Of a stretch of 64,000 nucleotides of DNA, positions 29,801-36,785 are shown piece after piece. Source of the stretch: Verrucomicrobiota bacterium (GTDB taxonomy: Bacteria > Verrucomicrobiota > Verrucomicrobiia > Limisphaerales > J093); the NCBI GenBank assembly GCA_016716505.1, contig JADJWF010000003.1, positions 400,674 to 464,673 on the forward strand, in the 5' to 3' direction. The notes beneath the pieces were generated by a model. The model was not told the origin of the DNA. It did no database searches and saw nothing but the letters and a program-made list of their open reading frames with translations. Both the position numbers and the translations under genes were made by a program. How positions within the stretch are numbered: the stretch's first letter is position 1; every line of letters starts with the position of its first letter.

Positions 29801-31834
29801 CAGTGCCCGCAACAACTCGCTGGCCGCGTCGGCCGGCGACAGGCCAGCGTTGGCCGGCCCGGGGGAGCCCGTCTGGGTGCAAGGCGGCTGTGGCGGACAA
29901 TTTGCCCGGCAGATCCGGCCGTACGCGTCGCACGTCTCGTAGCATTCGAGCACATCATTGCGGCCCATCGCGTTGGCGGCGTCCTCGACGCTCACTCGCA
30001 CCTCGTCCATGCCGATCCCGAGGTCCCCGAGGGCATCTTGTAGATCGAGATCGCAACTGTGGCGGCAGCCCCGCACTTGGGCGGCGCAGTCCGTGCGACA
30101 GCGTCCGCCTTCGGTATTGCGGCAGGGTGGTGGTGGCGGCGGGGGAGGCGGCGGAGGCGGAGGTGACGGCGGTGCCGGTGGGGGCGGAGGAGGAGGCGGC
30201 GGAGGAGGAGGCAACGGTGGCGGCGCTTGAAAGCCGTGCCAGCCCGGCTGACGGATTCCAACGCCGGGATCGGTGCAAACCAGCTTTCCATCCGCGCTGA
30301 CCGTCATGGTGCCCGACGTTTCCCACCGGCCCGTGTCGTGGTTGAACGACATGAGCACGGCCTGCTCGCCCGGCGCCAGGACCACACCGTCGCGGTTCGG
30401 CACGTTGGGGAAGCACGCCGGAACCGGCCGGTCGAAATTCTGCGCGCCGTCGGTCTGCACAGTGATGTCCAGCACGTGATCCAGGCCGTCCGGCAAGGGC
30501 TCCGGCAGGCGCGTCGGATCCACGATGCTGATGCCCACGCGGCCGCCGCGCCGACCGTCGTTGTCGAACAGGGAGTTGGCCGGGACGACGAGGCTCACGC
30601 CGGCGAGTTCGGGGTTTTGCGCCAGCACTTCGGGAGCGAAGCCGATGACGGTGTCTTCAGTCAGGCTCACCGGCTGGAGCGTCCCGGCCGGCACGCGCGG
30701 CAGGTAGATGACCCCGCCGGGCACCACGTTGTCCGCACGGCCACCCACCGCCTCCCAAGCCTTGCCGATGTAGGGGTAATAGGCGTCCGCCGGCCACTGG
30801 CTCAGCGGCGAGGTGCGGCCATCCACGTGAACGAAAAACCGGCCCGCCGGGCAGTTGGCGAGCGTGAAGCGGCCCTCGGCGTCCGTCACCGCGCGGAGCG
30901 TCTCCTCCGCGCCGTCCACCGTGATGGTCACCCCGGGCAACGGCAGATTCGTCGAGCCGTCCGGCCGCGGCGGCACCGGCTCGGAGGCGTACACCACGCC
31001 GGAGATTGCTGTGCCCGCCACGCCGGTCGTGCTGTAGGTGTCGTACTGGAGGCGATGCACCCCGCCGGGCACGCCGTCCCCGTCCGCGTCCACCAGCAGG
31101 CCGTTGGCGCCCCGCACGGCGGCCGCATCGAAGACCACCGTCACCCGCGTGCTGCCGGGAATCGGTTCGAGGAAGAACAGCGTGGCCTTGCGGCGGTCCG
31201 AACTGAGCTCGACGCGGCTGAGGAAGCGCCGCCCGCCAAAGCCCGCGTGGAAATTCGCCGCGTTCACGACCGCGTCCGCCGCCAGCGGCTCGGAGAAGAA
31301 GACCACCACCTCGCGGTTCACCGAAACGCCGGCCTCGCCCGGAAACGGCGACGTCCCGGCGATGCGGACCGGCCGAGGAGGCGTGGTCGCATCGAGATAG
31401 TCCTCGAGTTCGGTCCGGCCGTTGCCGTCGAGGTCCAGACGGGCATCGGCGGGGTTCAGGCCGTCCAGCGGCGGGTGCTGCAACTCGTACACGTCGGGAA
31501 TCCCGTCGGCATCCGTGTCGAGGTTGGCCGCCCTGGACACCTGTTGGACGCGGAAAAAGGCGGATTCCCCGCCACGGAGCGGGGTGATCAACGGCGGGGT
31601 CAGGCTGAGCGCACCCACCTGGTTGACGGCATCCACGCGGGTCCCCAGCAGCAGCCGGTAATAGCTGGACGGGTCACCGGAAAAATCGAGCGTGAACCGG
31701 CCGTCGGCCCGTACCTCGAAGCGTTCGATGGCGAGTTGCGCCCGGGCGTCAGGCTGGCTCAAAAAGACGGCCAGCGCGGCCACAACACCCTGGCCGGAGG
31801 CGCGGGTGAGTCGGAACCCCGAGTTCTTCTTCAT
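26846..31834 (-). CDS. giant secreted multidomain surface protein (~1660 aa)
   Basis: Start chosen at MKKNSGFRLTRASGQGVVAALAVFLSQPDARAQ; the ORF opens 14 codons earlier at 31876. Thrombospondin-type-3-like Ca-binding repeats are present (DTDADGIPD, DADGDGVPG, DSDHDGLPD, DTDGDGILD, DTDGDGLPDD, DTNGNGVPD, DPDGDG, DTDGNGINDGQED, DTDGDGWLD). There is a carboxypeptidase-regulatory-like segment (GVTITVDGAEETLRAVTDAEGRFTL). A 33-residue Pro tract is followed by a Cys-rich module. LVIVD-type propeller repeats (...FAYVADGRAGLQIVNY) and Ig-like domains (VQVRRVEFYVDGV...ATDTAGN) follow, then C-terminal 24-aa tandem repeats. Confidence 0.85.
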   Translation of the reverse strand: MKKNSGFRLTRASGQGVVAALAVFLSQPDARAQLAIERFEVRADGRFTLDFSGDPSSYYRLLLGTRVDAVNQVGALSLTPPLITPLRGGESAFFRVQQVSRAANLDTDADGIPDVYELQHPPLDGLNPADARLDLDGNGRTELEDYLDATTPPRPVRIAGTSPFPGEAGVSVNREVVVFFSEPLAADAVVNAANFHAGFGGRRFLSRVELSSDRRKATLFFLEPIPGSTRVTVVFDAAAVRGANGLLVDADGDGVPGGVHRLQYDTYSTTGVAGTAISGVVYASEPVPPRPDGSTNLPLPGVTITVDGAEETLRAVTDAEGRFTLANCPAGRFFVHVDGRTSPLSQWPADAYYPYIGKAWEAVGGRADNVVPGGVIYLPRVPAGTLQPVSLTEDTVIGFAPEVLAQNPELAGVSLVVPANSLFDNDGRRGGRVGISIVDPTRLPEPLPDGLDHVLDITVQTDGAQNFDRPVPACFPNVPNRDGVVLAPGEQAVLMSFNHDTGRWETSGTMTVSADGKLVCTDPGVGIRQPGWHGFQAPPPLPPPPPPPPPPPPAPPSPPPPPPPPPPPPPCRNTEGGRCRTDCAAQVRGCRHSCDLDLQDALGDLGIGMDEVRVSVEDAANAMGRNDVLECYETCDAYGRICRANCPPQPPCTQTGSPGPANAGLSPADAASELLRALAALLLEVRAQGSATPLQAAEYRNLWEQLRAIVGPDPRAFWARVITEANLNTEAAYTYAAPERRLPFVAFQRYERVEVTAINDQGRVSFQTNVTEVVRTTRGIMEPFGQFQLFPPAPEPRCSPCNPVVTYRNWRLEVYSHDPVTGRLGRALGFERTGGFGGNTLIRGDFVIYGMTFGDLAEVAPLDSDHDGLPDLAELVHGTDAAKRDTDGDGILDGAEVEQGLDPLDGRPAALGVIGSLPLPGEAVDVAAFNDRVLVALKEGGVGVVEVGSGRLGVLAARLPAPGEVRVVALDQNFGVAGGGFPGVLVFDPRDPVATVRRAPGPTAAVTAAFVEAGFGWLAMDSAYLYLMDLATGVILNALPVAGVASDLAGENGVVVAVTAGELLTFRQEAGTIVPLGRAPLGLGSADFVTGRRRVSVGDGVALVTDMDGFGRFDISDPTRPVKLSGVQSYGPAAFKQILSNGSGSGLAVVGGTPNPPVLPGGHNVQVFDLRNPAINNAAGDPYATPGVARAAGLYHSFAYVADGRAGLQIVNYLPADTGTIPPVVTLRTDRAEGRAEAGQPLRLQASVSDDVQVRRVEFYVDGVRLAADGNFPFEVVFTAPPRELGRNAIRVRARATDTAGNETWSEELALELVADATAPRVVRVVPDANALLPELSSVLVFFSEAVSPTSLTEASVQLLAAGIDGVLGTADDVALGDLGLDLREQISSLAVTTARPLPPGRYRLRLAPPLADLAGNPIAATFTLDLIVYDGALDTDGDGLPDDVERLLGTDPTRPDTNGNGVPDGLEDPDGDGLGSAFEILARLDPRRRDTDGNGINDGQEDLDNDALPNLAEFHHGLNPRHPDTDGDGWLDEAEVTAGSDGRDPQSVPSLPGYARPATQLILPQAPQLDPANLGLVLARPQLSLVLPVAPQLAPEEAGLTVARPVTFLTLPVAPHLEAGELGLSVARPAVQLMLPRTSPADDAEPGTTLARPVVTLRLDR
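26849..27169 (-). repeat. 4.5 tandem copies of a 24-aa (72-nt) unit at the extreme C-terminus of the giant protein
   Basis: The units are ARPATQLILPQAPQLDPANLGLVL / ARPQLSLVLPVAPQLAPEEAGLTV / ARPVTFLTLPVAPHLEAGELGLSV / ARPAVQLMLPRTSPADDAEPGTTL / ARPVVTLRLDR-stop. Consensus is ARPxxxLxLPxAPxLxxxxxGLxV. Confidence 0.8.
30125..30223 (-). repeat. low-complexity CCN tract encoding PPPLPPPPPPPPPPPPAPPSPPPPPPPPPPPPP
   Basis: Read directly: GGN repeats on the plus strand, 33 codons with 30 Pro on the coding strand, inside the giant ORF. Confidence 0.95.
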
Positions 31835-31880
31835 TACCCGATTATTCGCCGCCCCGCCGGCCGATCTAACGAACATCGTT

Positions 31881-31909
31881 AAAAAAACTGCGGTGCGGCC
31901 AGTGCACGC
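31881..31909 (-). terminator. putative intrinsic terminator between the ECF sigma gene and the giant protein gene
   Basis: Minus strand reads GCGTGC-ACTGGCC-GCA(C)CGC followed by AG and a T7 run (plus-strand A7 at 31881-31887). That is a 6-bp GC-rich stem with one bulge and a 7-nt loop. It lies 85 nt downstream of the sigma stop codon. Confidence 0.45.
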
Positions 31910-31993
31910 GTTGAAGGAAACGCGGTTGCCGGGTGTGGCCGGGGGGCGACCGCATTTCCGATCGCCGCGAGTGGCCCGGCAGCAGGTGGCGGA

Positions 31994-32653
31994 TTACTCC
32001 GGATGGCCAGTCCGCAATTCCTCCTTGAGCAACCGGCCCACGCGTAGTTTGGCCATGTACACCTGTGCGCGGTTCCCTCCGAGCAGGTCGGCGACCCGAT
32101 CCGCCGGCCAGGCTTGGAGGGCCGTCAGCTCAAACATCTGCCACTGTCGCGGCGAAACCCGGGCTCTGACCCGCTCGACCGCCCGCTCCAACAGCGACGA
32201 ACGCCATTCCTCCTCCCAGGCCGCTTGGAGCGCGTCCTCGGCGACCGCTTCGCCGCACTCGGCGGCTTCCCGGCGGTCATCGGTCAGGCGCTGCTGCCGG
32301 GCGCGCTTGCGAAACTGATCGGCGATGCGGCGGCGAACAATTTGGAAGAGCCAGCCCTTGAAGCGGCCGCGCGCCGGGTCGTATTGGAAGCCCGGCATCT
32401 CGCCGGCCACCGAGATCATCGTCTCCTGCAGCGCCTCGTCCGCCTCGGTGCGGGAGAGGCCAGAGCGAAGCGCGAAACCGTGAATCACGCCGCCATAAGT
32501 CCGGAAGAATCGCTGCCAGCCCTCATGGTCGGCGGCGTCCTTGAGCCGCGCGAGCAGACTGGCCCGGGTCGCTTCCAGGTCCTCGGACAGGGCCCGTGGC
32601 CGGCTGGCGGCCAGGGTCGAAATGGTGGCCGTGGTGTCCAATTCGCCCTCCAT
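31994..32653 (-). CDS. ECF-type RNA polymerase sigma-70 family factor
   Basis: 219 aa. The N-terminal TRASLLARLKDAADHEGWQRFFRTYGGVIHGF is typical of PVC ECF sigmas. Region 2 is SRTEADEALQETMISV...GRFKGWLFQIVRRRIADQFR. Region 4 is SPRQWQMFELTALQAWPADRVADLLGGNRAQVYMAKLRVGRLLKEEL. Confidence 0.9.
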   Translation of the reverse strand: MEGELDTTATISTLAASRPRALSEDLEATRASLLARLKDAADHEGWQRFFRTYGGVIHGFALRSGLSRTEADEALQETMISVAGEMPGFQYDPARGRFKGWLFQIVRRRIADQFRKRARQQRLTDDRREAAECGEAVAEDALQAAWEEEWRSSLLERAVERVRARVSPRQWQMFELTALQAWPADRVADLLGGNRAQVYMAKLRVGRLLKEELRTGHPE

Positions 32654-32657
32654 TTCG

Positions 32658-34295
32658 TCAGTCAGGAGCGATATCTAACCGCCTCGCTTCAGGTTTTGTG
32701 TCCTCGCGTGGGGCCAGCAGCAACGTCAGGGTGCCCCCGGGACGCACCACCGCCAGCCAGCGGCCAGCGGAAGAAAACCGCAGACGGCCCGTGCCCTCGC
32801 CCGCCGGCCCGGGGAGTACGCCCGCCTCGCGGCCCATCGCGAGGTTCCAGAAGCGAAGCTCGCCACTCCCGCTCAGCGCGGCCAGCGTCCGGCCATCCGG
32901 GGCGAACGCCACCGCATGGACGCTGCCGGGATGTCCGCTGAACACGGCGCGCGGCGTCCCGCCCACCGGGTCCCACAATCGCGCGGTGTCGTCCCAGCTA
33001 CCCGTGGCGATCACACCTTGGTCCGGCGCGAAGGCCAGGGCGCTGACGGACATCTGGTGGCCGACGAAGACGGCCAGTTCCTGACCCGTCTCCAAGTCCC
33101 AGAGGCGGCTGGTCAAATCCAGCGATCCGGACAACAGGCGCCGTTCGTCCGGGGAGACTTCGAGACTGATGACCCGTTGCCGGTGCCCGACCAGATGCCG
33201 GGCCGCACTACCCCCGCCCATCTTACCCACCCAGACTGTTCCCTCTTCGGTCCCGTGGATCAACCAGCGGCCGGAAGGCGACAGCCGTCGTGCGGTGGTC
33301 GCCGGCGGTTCAGGAGGGGCTGGTGCGGTCTGCACCAGGAGTCCGTTGTCCAACCGGCGCCACTCCACCACGCGGTCGGACCGCAGCAGGCTCAGGGTGA
33401 GCCCGTCCGCGCTGAAGCCGCCGAGCTCCAGTGCCGGACCGACTTGCCGGCGCGCTTCGCCGGTGAACGGATCCAGCACCATCACGGTACCGTCCCGCTG
33501 CCGCACCGCCAGCCAGCGTTCGTCCGGTGAAAACTCCGGCGTCTGGGCCAGCTCGCTCCATTCGCGCCGCGGCGGCTCGTGGGCGACCTCCCACAGGCGG
33601 ATGGAGGCGTCCTTGCCGGCCGAGACAAGCTGCCGGCCATCTGGAGTCCAGATGGCGGTCCAGACCTCGCTCTGATGTCCGCGCAGGGTTCGGAGTTCCT
33701 CGAGCGTGTCCGGGTCCCAGAGCCGCACGGTCTGGTCATTGCCGGCCGTGGCCAAGCGGCGGCCGTCGGGAGAGAAGGCGACGCTCCAGATGACGCCGCC
33801 GTTGTGTGTCGGCCGCTCCAGCAGCCGGCGTTGCGTCTGGACATCCCATACCTGCAGCCGGCCGTGGCGCGTCACGGTCGCAAGGCGTTTTCCCGCGGGA
33901 TGAAAGGCCGCCTGCATCACGGTGCCCGCCTCGGCGAGGTCGCCCCGCAGTTGCAGTTCCGGCCAGGACCACAGCCGGAGCGCGTCGCCCCACGGCCCGG
34001 TCACCAGTACCCGACCGTCCGGCGCGAACCACGCCCGACCGCCGGACCCTTCGAGGGTCTGAGGCACGCCGTTTAGGTCTGCGGGCAGAATCTCGGTCAC
34101 CGCATTGGTCTCAAACAGGATCATACCCACACCGCGCAGCAGCCGGTCGCCTTCAGGACTGAACACCAAGGTTGGCGAACCGCGCCCCGGGCCGCTGAGC
34201 CAGCGGCCGGTGTCCCGATCGAGGACGACTGTTTGCGGCGGTTGATCCAGCTCCAACGCCAGCCGTCGCCCGGCGGCGTCTCGAGTCATCGCCAT
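32658..34295 (-). CDS. WD40 beta-propeller protein (545 aa), probably the detached C-terminal part of the upstream kinase
   Basis: Repeated blades (FSPDGRRLATAGNDQTVRLWD, WTPDGRQLVSAGKDASIRLWE, FAPDQGVIATGSWDDTARLWD, and others). It is in the same reading frame as ORF 34311..35654, separated only by a TAA and five sense codons. No signal peptide or TM of its own. Confidence 0.85.
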   Translation of the reverse strand: MAMTRDAAGRRLALELDQPPQTVVLDRDTGRWLSGPGRGSPTLVFSPEGDRLLRGVGMILFETNAVTEILPADLNGVPQTLEGSGGRAWFAPDGRVLVTGPWGDALRLWSWPELQLRGDLAEAGTVMQAAFHPAGKRLATVTRHGRLQVWDVQTQRRLLERPTHNGGVIWSVAFSPDGRRLATAGNDQTVRLWDPDTLEELRTLRGHQSEVWTAIWTPDGRQLVSAGKDASIRLWEVAHEPPRREWSELAQTPEFSPDERWLAVRQRDGTVMVLDPFTGEARRQVGPALELGGFSADGLTLSLLRSDRVVEWRRLDNGLLVQTAPAPPEPPATTARRLSPSGRWLIHGTEEGTVWVGKMGGGSAARHLVGHRQRVISLEVSPDERRLLSGSLDLTSRLWDLETGQELAVFVGHQMSVSALAFAPDQGVIATGSWDDTARLWDPVGGTPRAVFSGHPGSVHAVAFAPDGRTLAALSGSGELRFWNLAMGREAGVLPGPAGEGTGRLRFSSAGRWLAVVRPGGTLTLLLAPREDTKPEARRLDIAPD

Positions 34296-34310
34296 TGTGA
34301 AATTGCTGGG

Positions 34311-35654
34311 TTACGACCAACGCTGTGTTTCGCTCAACGATTCAAAAGACCACTCGCGCAGGGTGCCGTCGAAGCCTGCGGAATACAGGCCGCCGCCATC
34401 GCTGCTGACGACCAGCGCTGCCACGAGGTTCTGGTGCCCGTCCAGCGACCCGCGACTTCCCCCCCGCATCCGCTCGTGGAAGTGGTACCACTCGAAACCA
34501 CGGAAATCCGGTCCGCCGTCCTGGGGACGATGCGCGTCCAAGAGCGACGCGGCCCGGCCGTAATTGCCGGCGGCCAGGGCCTGCTGCGCCAGATTCATGT
34601 CCGCCGCGTACAATGCCGCGCGGGCGACGCGCTCTTGGGCCGCGGCCCGGGCCCGGAGGGCCGATTCCTCGGCGGCGCGACGGTTCGCCCGCTCGGCCCG
34701 CCCCCGCTCAAACCAGGCCAGCCCGATGGCCAGCAATGCCGCCGCGCTGACACCGACCCCGAGGCGCCGCCACAGGGCCAGCCGGCGCTCGCGCCGGCGC
34801 AGCTTGCGGACCGAGTGTCCGGCCTCCACGAGCAGCAGCTCATCGCGCAGTTCGGCGGCCGAGGCGTGGCGTTCTCCCGCCTCCGGTGCGCAGGCGCGCA
34901 GGATCGTTTCATTGAGCTCGCCAAACTGTTCCGCTGGCGGGCGTTGGAGCCATTCCCGCGGCAGGTCGGGGAAGTCCAGCCGGCTGCGACCGGTGACCAT
35001 TTCGTAAAGCACCTTGCCCAGCGCGTAGAGGTCGGCCTGCGGCGTCCCGGGGCCCTCGGGCGGGATGTAGCCCTCGGTGCCCACGAACGAGCGGGCTTCA
35101 TGAACGCCGGTCACCAGCCCGACGTCCGCCAGCTTCGGCTGGCCGGCGACGAAGATGATGTTCGAGGGCTTGATGTCCCGATGCACCAAGCCGCGTTGGT
35201 GCATGAACGCGAGCGCGTCGGCCACGGCCGCCCCTACGCGAGCGCAATCGGCCACCGACAGCGGGCCGCGCGTCTGCAACCACTGACGGAGGGTCAGCGG
35301 CACGTAGGTCTCCGGCCCAAAATCGCCATCGGCATCTGCCGGGTCGGCCAGCTCCATCACGTAGTAGAACTGGCTTTCCTCGTCGGAGCGGCCGACCTGC
35401 AGGACATCCACCAGTCCGGGATGCGCGCGGGAAACCGGCTCGAAGCGTTTCAGCCCGTCGAACTCGCGCTCGTAGATGCGCTCGTGCTCAAACCGCTCCC
35501 GCCGGATCACCTTCACCGCCCGCGGGATCCCGGTGGCGCTGCGCGCCAGCCAGACATCGCCGTACGCGCCGACGCCGACCTGCCGCAACACGACGTGTTC
35601 CGGCACCCGGGGCGGCGCAAGCGTCGGCGCTCTGTTTGTCTGCTCTGTGGCCAC
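34311..35654 (-). CDS. Ser/Thr protein kinase with TM helix and first WD40 blade (447 aa)
   Basis: Kinase motifs VGVGAYGDVWLA, AVKVI, HRDIKPSNIIF, ADVGLV and GTEGYIPPE. TM segment LGVGVSAAALLAIGLAWF. The extracytoplasmic LYAADMNLAQQALAAGNYGRA...FRGFEWYHF segment is paralogous to the 1004-aa kinase. It ends ...GHQNLVAALVVSSDGGGLYSAGFDGTLREWSF...RWS-TAA. Confidence 0.9.
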   Translation of the reverse strand: MATEQTNRAPTLAPPRVPEHVVLRQVGVGAYGDVWLARSATGIPRAVKVIRRERFEHERIYEREFDGLKRFEPVSRAHPGLVDVLQVGRSDEESQFYYVMELADPADADGDFGPETYVPLTLRQWLQTRGPLSVADCARVGAAVADALAFMHQRGLVHRDIKPSNIIFVAGQPKLADVGLVTGVHEARSFVGTEGYIPPEGPGTPQADLYALGKVLYEMVTGRSRLDFPDLPREWLQRPPAEQFGELNETILRACAPEAGERHASAAELRDELLLVEAGHSVRKLRRRERRLALWRRLGVGVSAAALLAIGLAWFERGRAERANRRAAEESALRARAAAQERVARAALYAADMNLAQQALAAGNYGRAASLLDAHRPQDGGPDFRGFEWYHFHERMRGGSRGSLDGHQNLVAALVVSSDGGGLYSAGFDGTLREWSFESLSETQRWS

Positions 35655-35931
35655 GACCTCTCGCCGGGACGGATACTCAGTAACGCAGCCATTGTATCAT
35701 TCCGCTCTTCGTCACCCGTCGGCCACCACCACTGGATCCCGTCGCGACGCCGCCATGACACCACTTTCCTTCACCCAACGTCCAGCGGGGGTTGGACGGC
35801 TGCCTCCGGCCTCCCGCTCCCACGAGGGTCGGAGTCAGGCCAGATTCAGACTTCACGCAGCCGAGCGGATGACTAGGCTCCCCTCACCGCCTTCGCGACC
35901 GGGAGCACCGGCACGACGGCGAACCACCGAT

Positions 35932-36735
35932 ATGAATCATCTCCGTCTCTCAGTCATGGTCTGCTCCGGCGCCCTGCTACTCAGCCGCCTCGGATCGGGT
36001 CCGGCGCTGGCCGCCGACCTGGTCCATGCCAAAGATGGATCGGGCGTGTACGGCTACAAGGACACCCCGAAACTTCCTTGGTGCGAGTGGCTCGTCCACG
36101 ATCCCGACCGGCCCGCACCAAGGCGCGTCAACCCCGGTCCCGCGTTGCCCCCGGCCCCTGCGCCGAGTGATGCGATCGTATTGTTTGATGGGAAGAACCT
36201 TGATCAGTGGCAGCCGCACAAGTGGAAGCTGGACAACGGCGAGATCGTCGCCGGCGAAGGCAACCTGACGTCCAAGGCGACCTTCGGCGACTGCCAGATC
36301 CATGTTGAGTGGCTCGCGCCGGCCAACTTCCAGGGGCCGTGGTACGACCAGGGCAACAACGGCGTGATGCTCATGGGCCTGTACGAAATCCAGATCTTCG
36401 ACTCGTACAACGAGAAGCTGTATCCCGACGGCCAGGCGGCGGCGATCTACGGTCAAACACCACCGCTCGTGAACGTGACCCGGCCACCGGGCCAGTGGCA
36501 GACCTACGACATCTTTTTCACTGCTCCGAAGTTCGCCGACGGCAAGCTCAAGGAGCCCGCGCGGGTGACGATGCTGCACAACGGCGTCCTCGTTCACCTC
36601 AACGAGCCGATTCACGGTGAGACCGGACATCGGATCGTCCCCGAATATAAGCAGCAGGTGAGCTCAGGCCCGCTGGCGCTCAACGGCCACGGTTGCCCGG
36701 TCCGCTTTCGAAACATCTGGGTGCGACGGCTCTGA
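35932..36735 (+). CDS. DUF1080 (3-keto-disaccharide hydrolase-like) secreted protein
   Basis: Start at MNHLRLSVMVCSGALLLSRLGSGPALA (ATG 35932). The 152-codon upstream extension of the ORF is Arg/Ser/Thr-rich and non-coding-like. Motifs DAIVLFDGKNLDQWQ, GDCQIHVEWLAP, GNNGVMLMGLYEIQIFDSY, LALNGHGCPVRFRNIWVRRL. Confidence 0.85.
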   Translation: MNHLRLSVMVCSGALLLSRLGSGPALAADLVHAKDGSGVYGYKDTPKLPWCEWLVHDPDRPAPRRVNPGPALPPAPAPSDAIVLFDGKNLDQWQPHKWKLDNGEIVAGEGNLTSKATFGDCQIHVEWLAPANFQGPWYDQGNNGVMLMGLYEIQIFDSYNEKLYPDGQAAAIYGQTPPLVNVTRPPGQWQTYDIFFTAPKFADGKLKEPARVTMLHNGVLVHLNEPIHGETGHRIVPEYKQQVSSGPLALNGHGCPVRFRNIWVRRL

Positions 36736-36785
36736 CCCAAAGACCGAAGCCGTCCCCCGGCGCCGAGTACTCCCCTGCCCTGCCG

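Noticed and set aside
30118-30230. G-rich GGN-repeat tract on the plus strand, considered as a possible G-quadruplex or regulatory repeat or degenerate array.
   Set aside because: It lies entirely inside the giant ORF and is fully explained as the complement of CCN proline codons. It has no spacer/repeat organisation.
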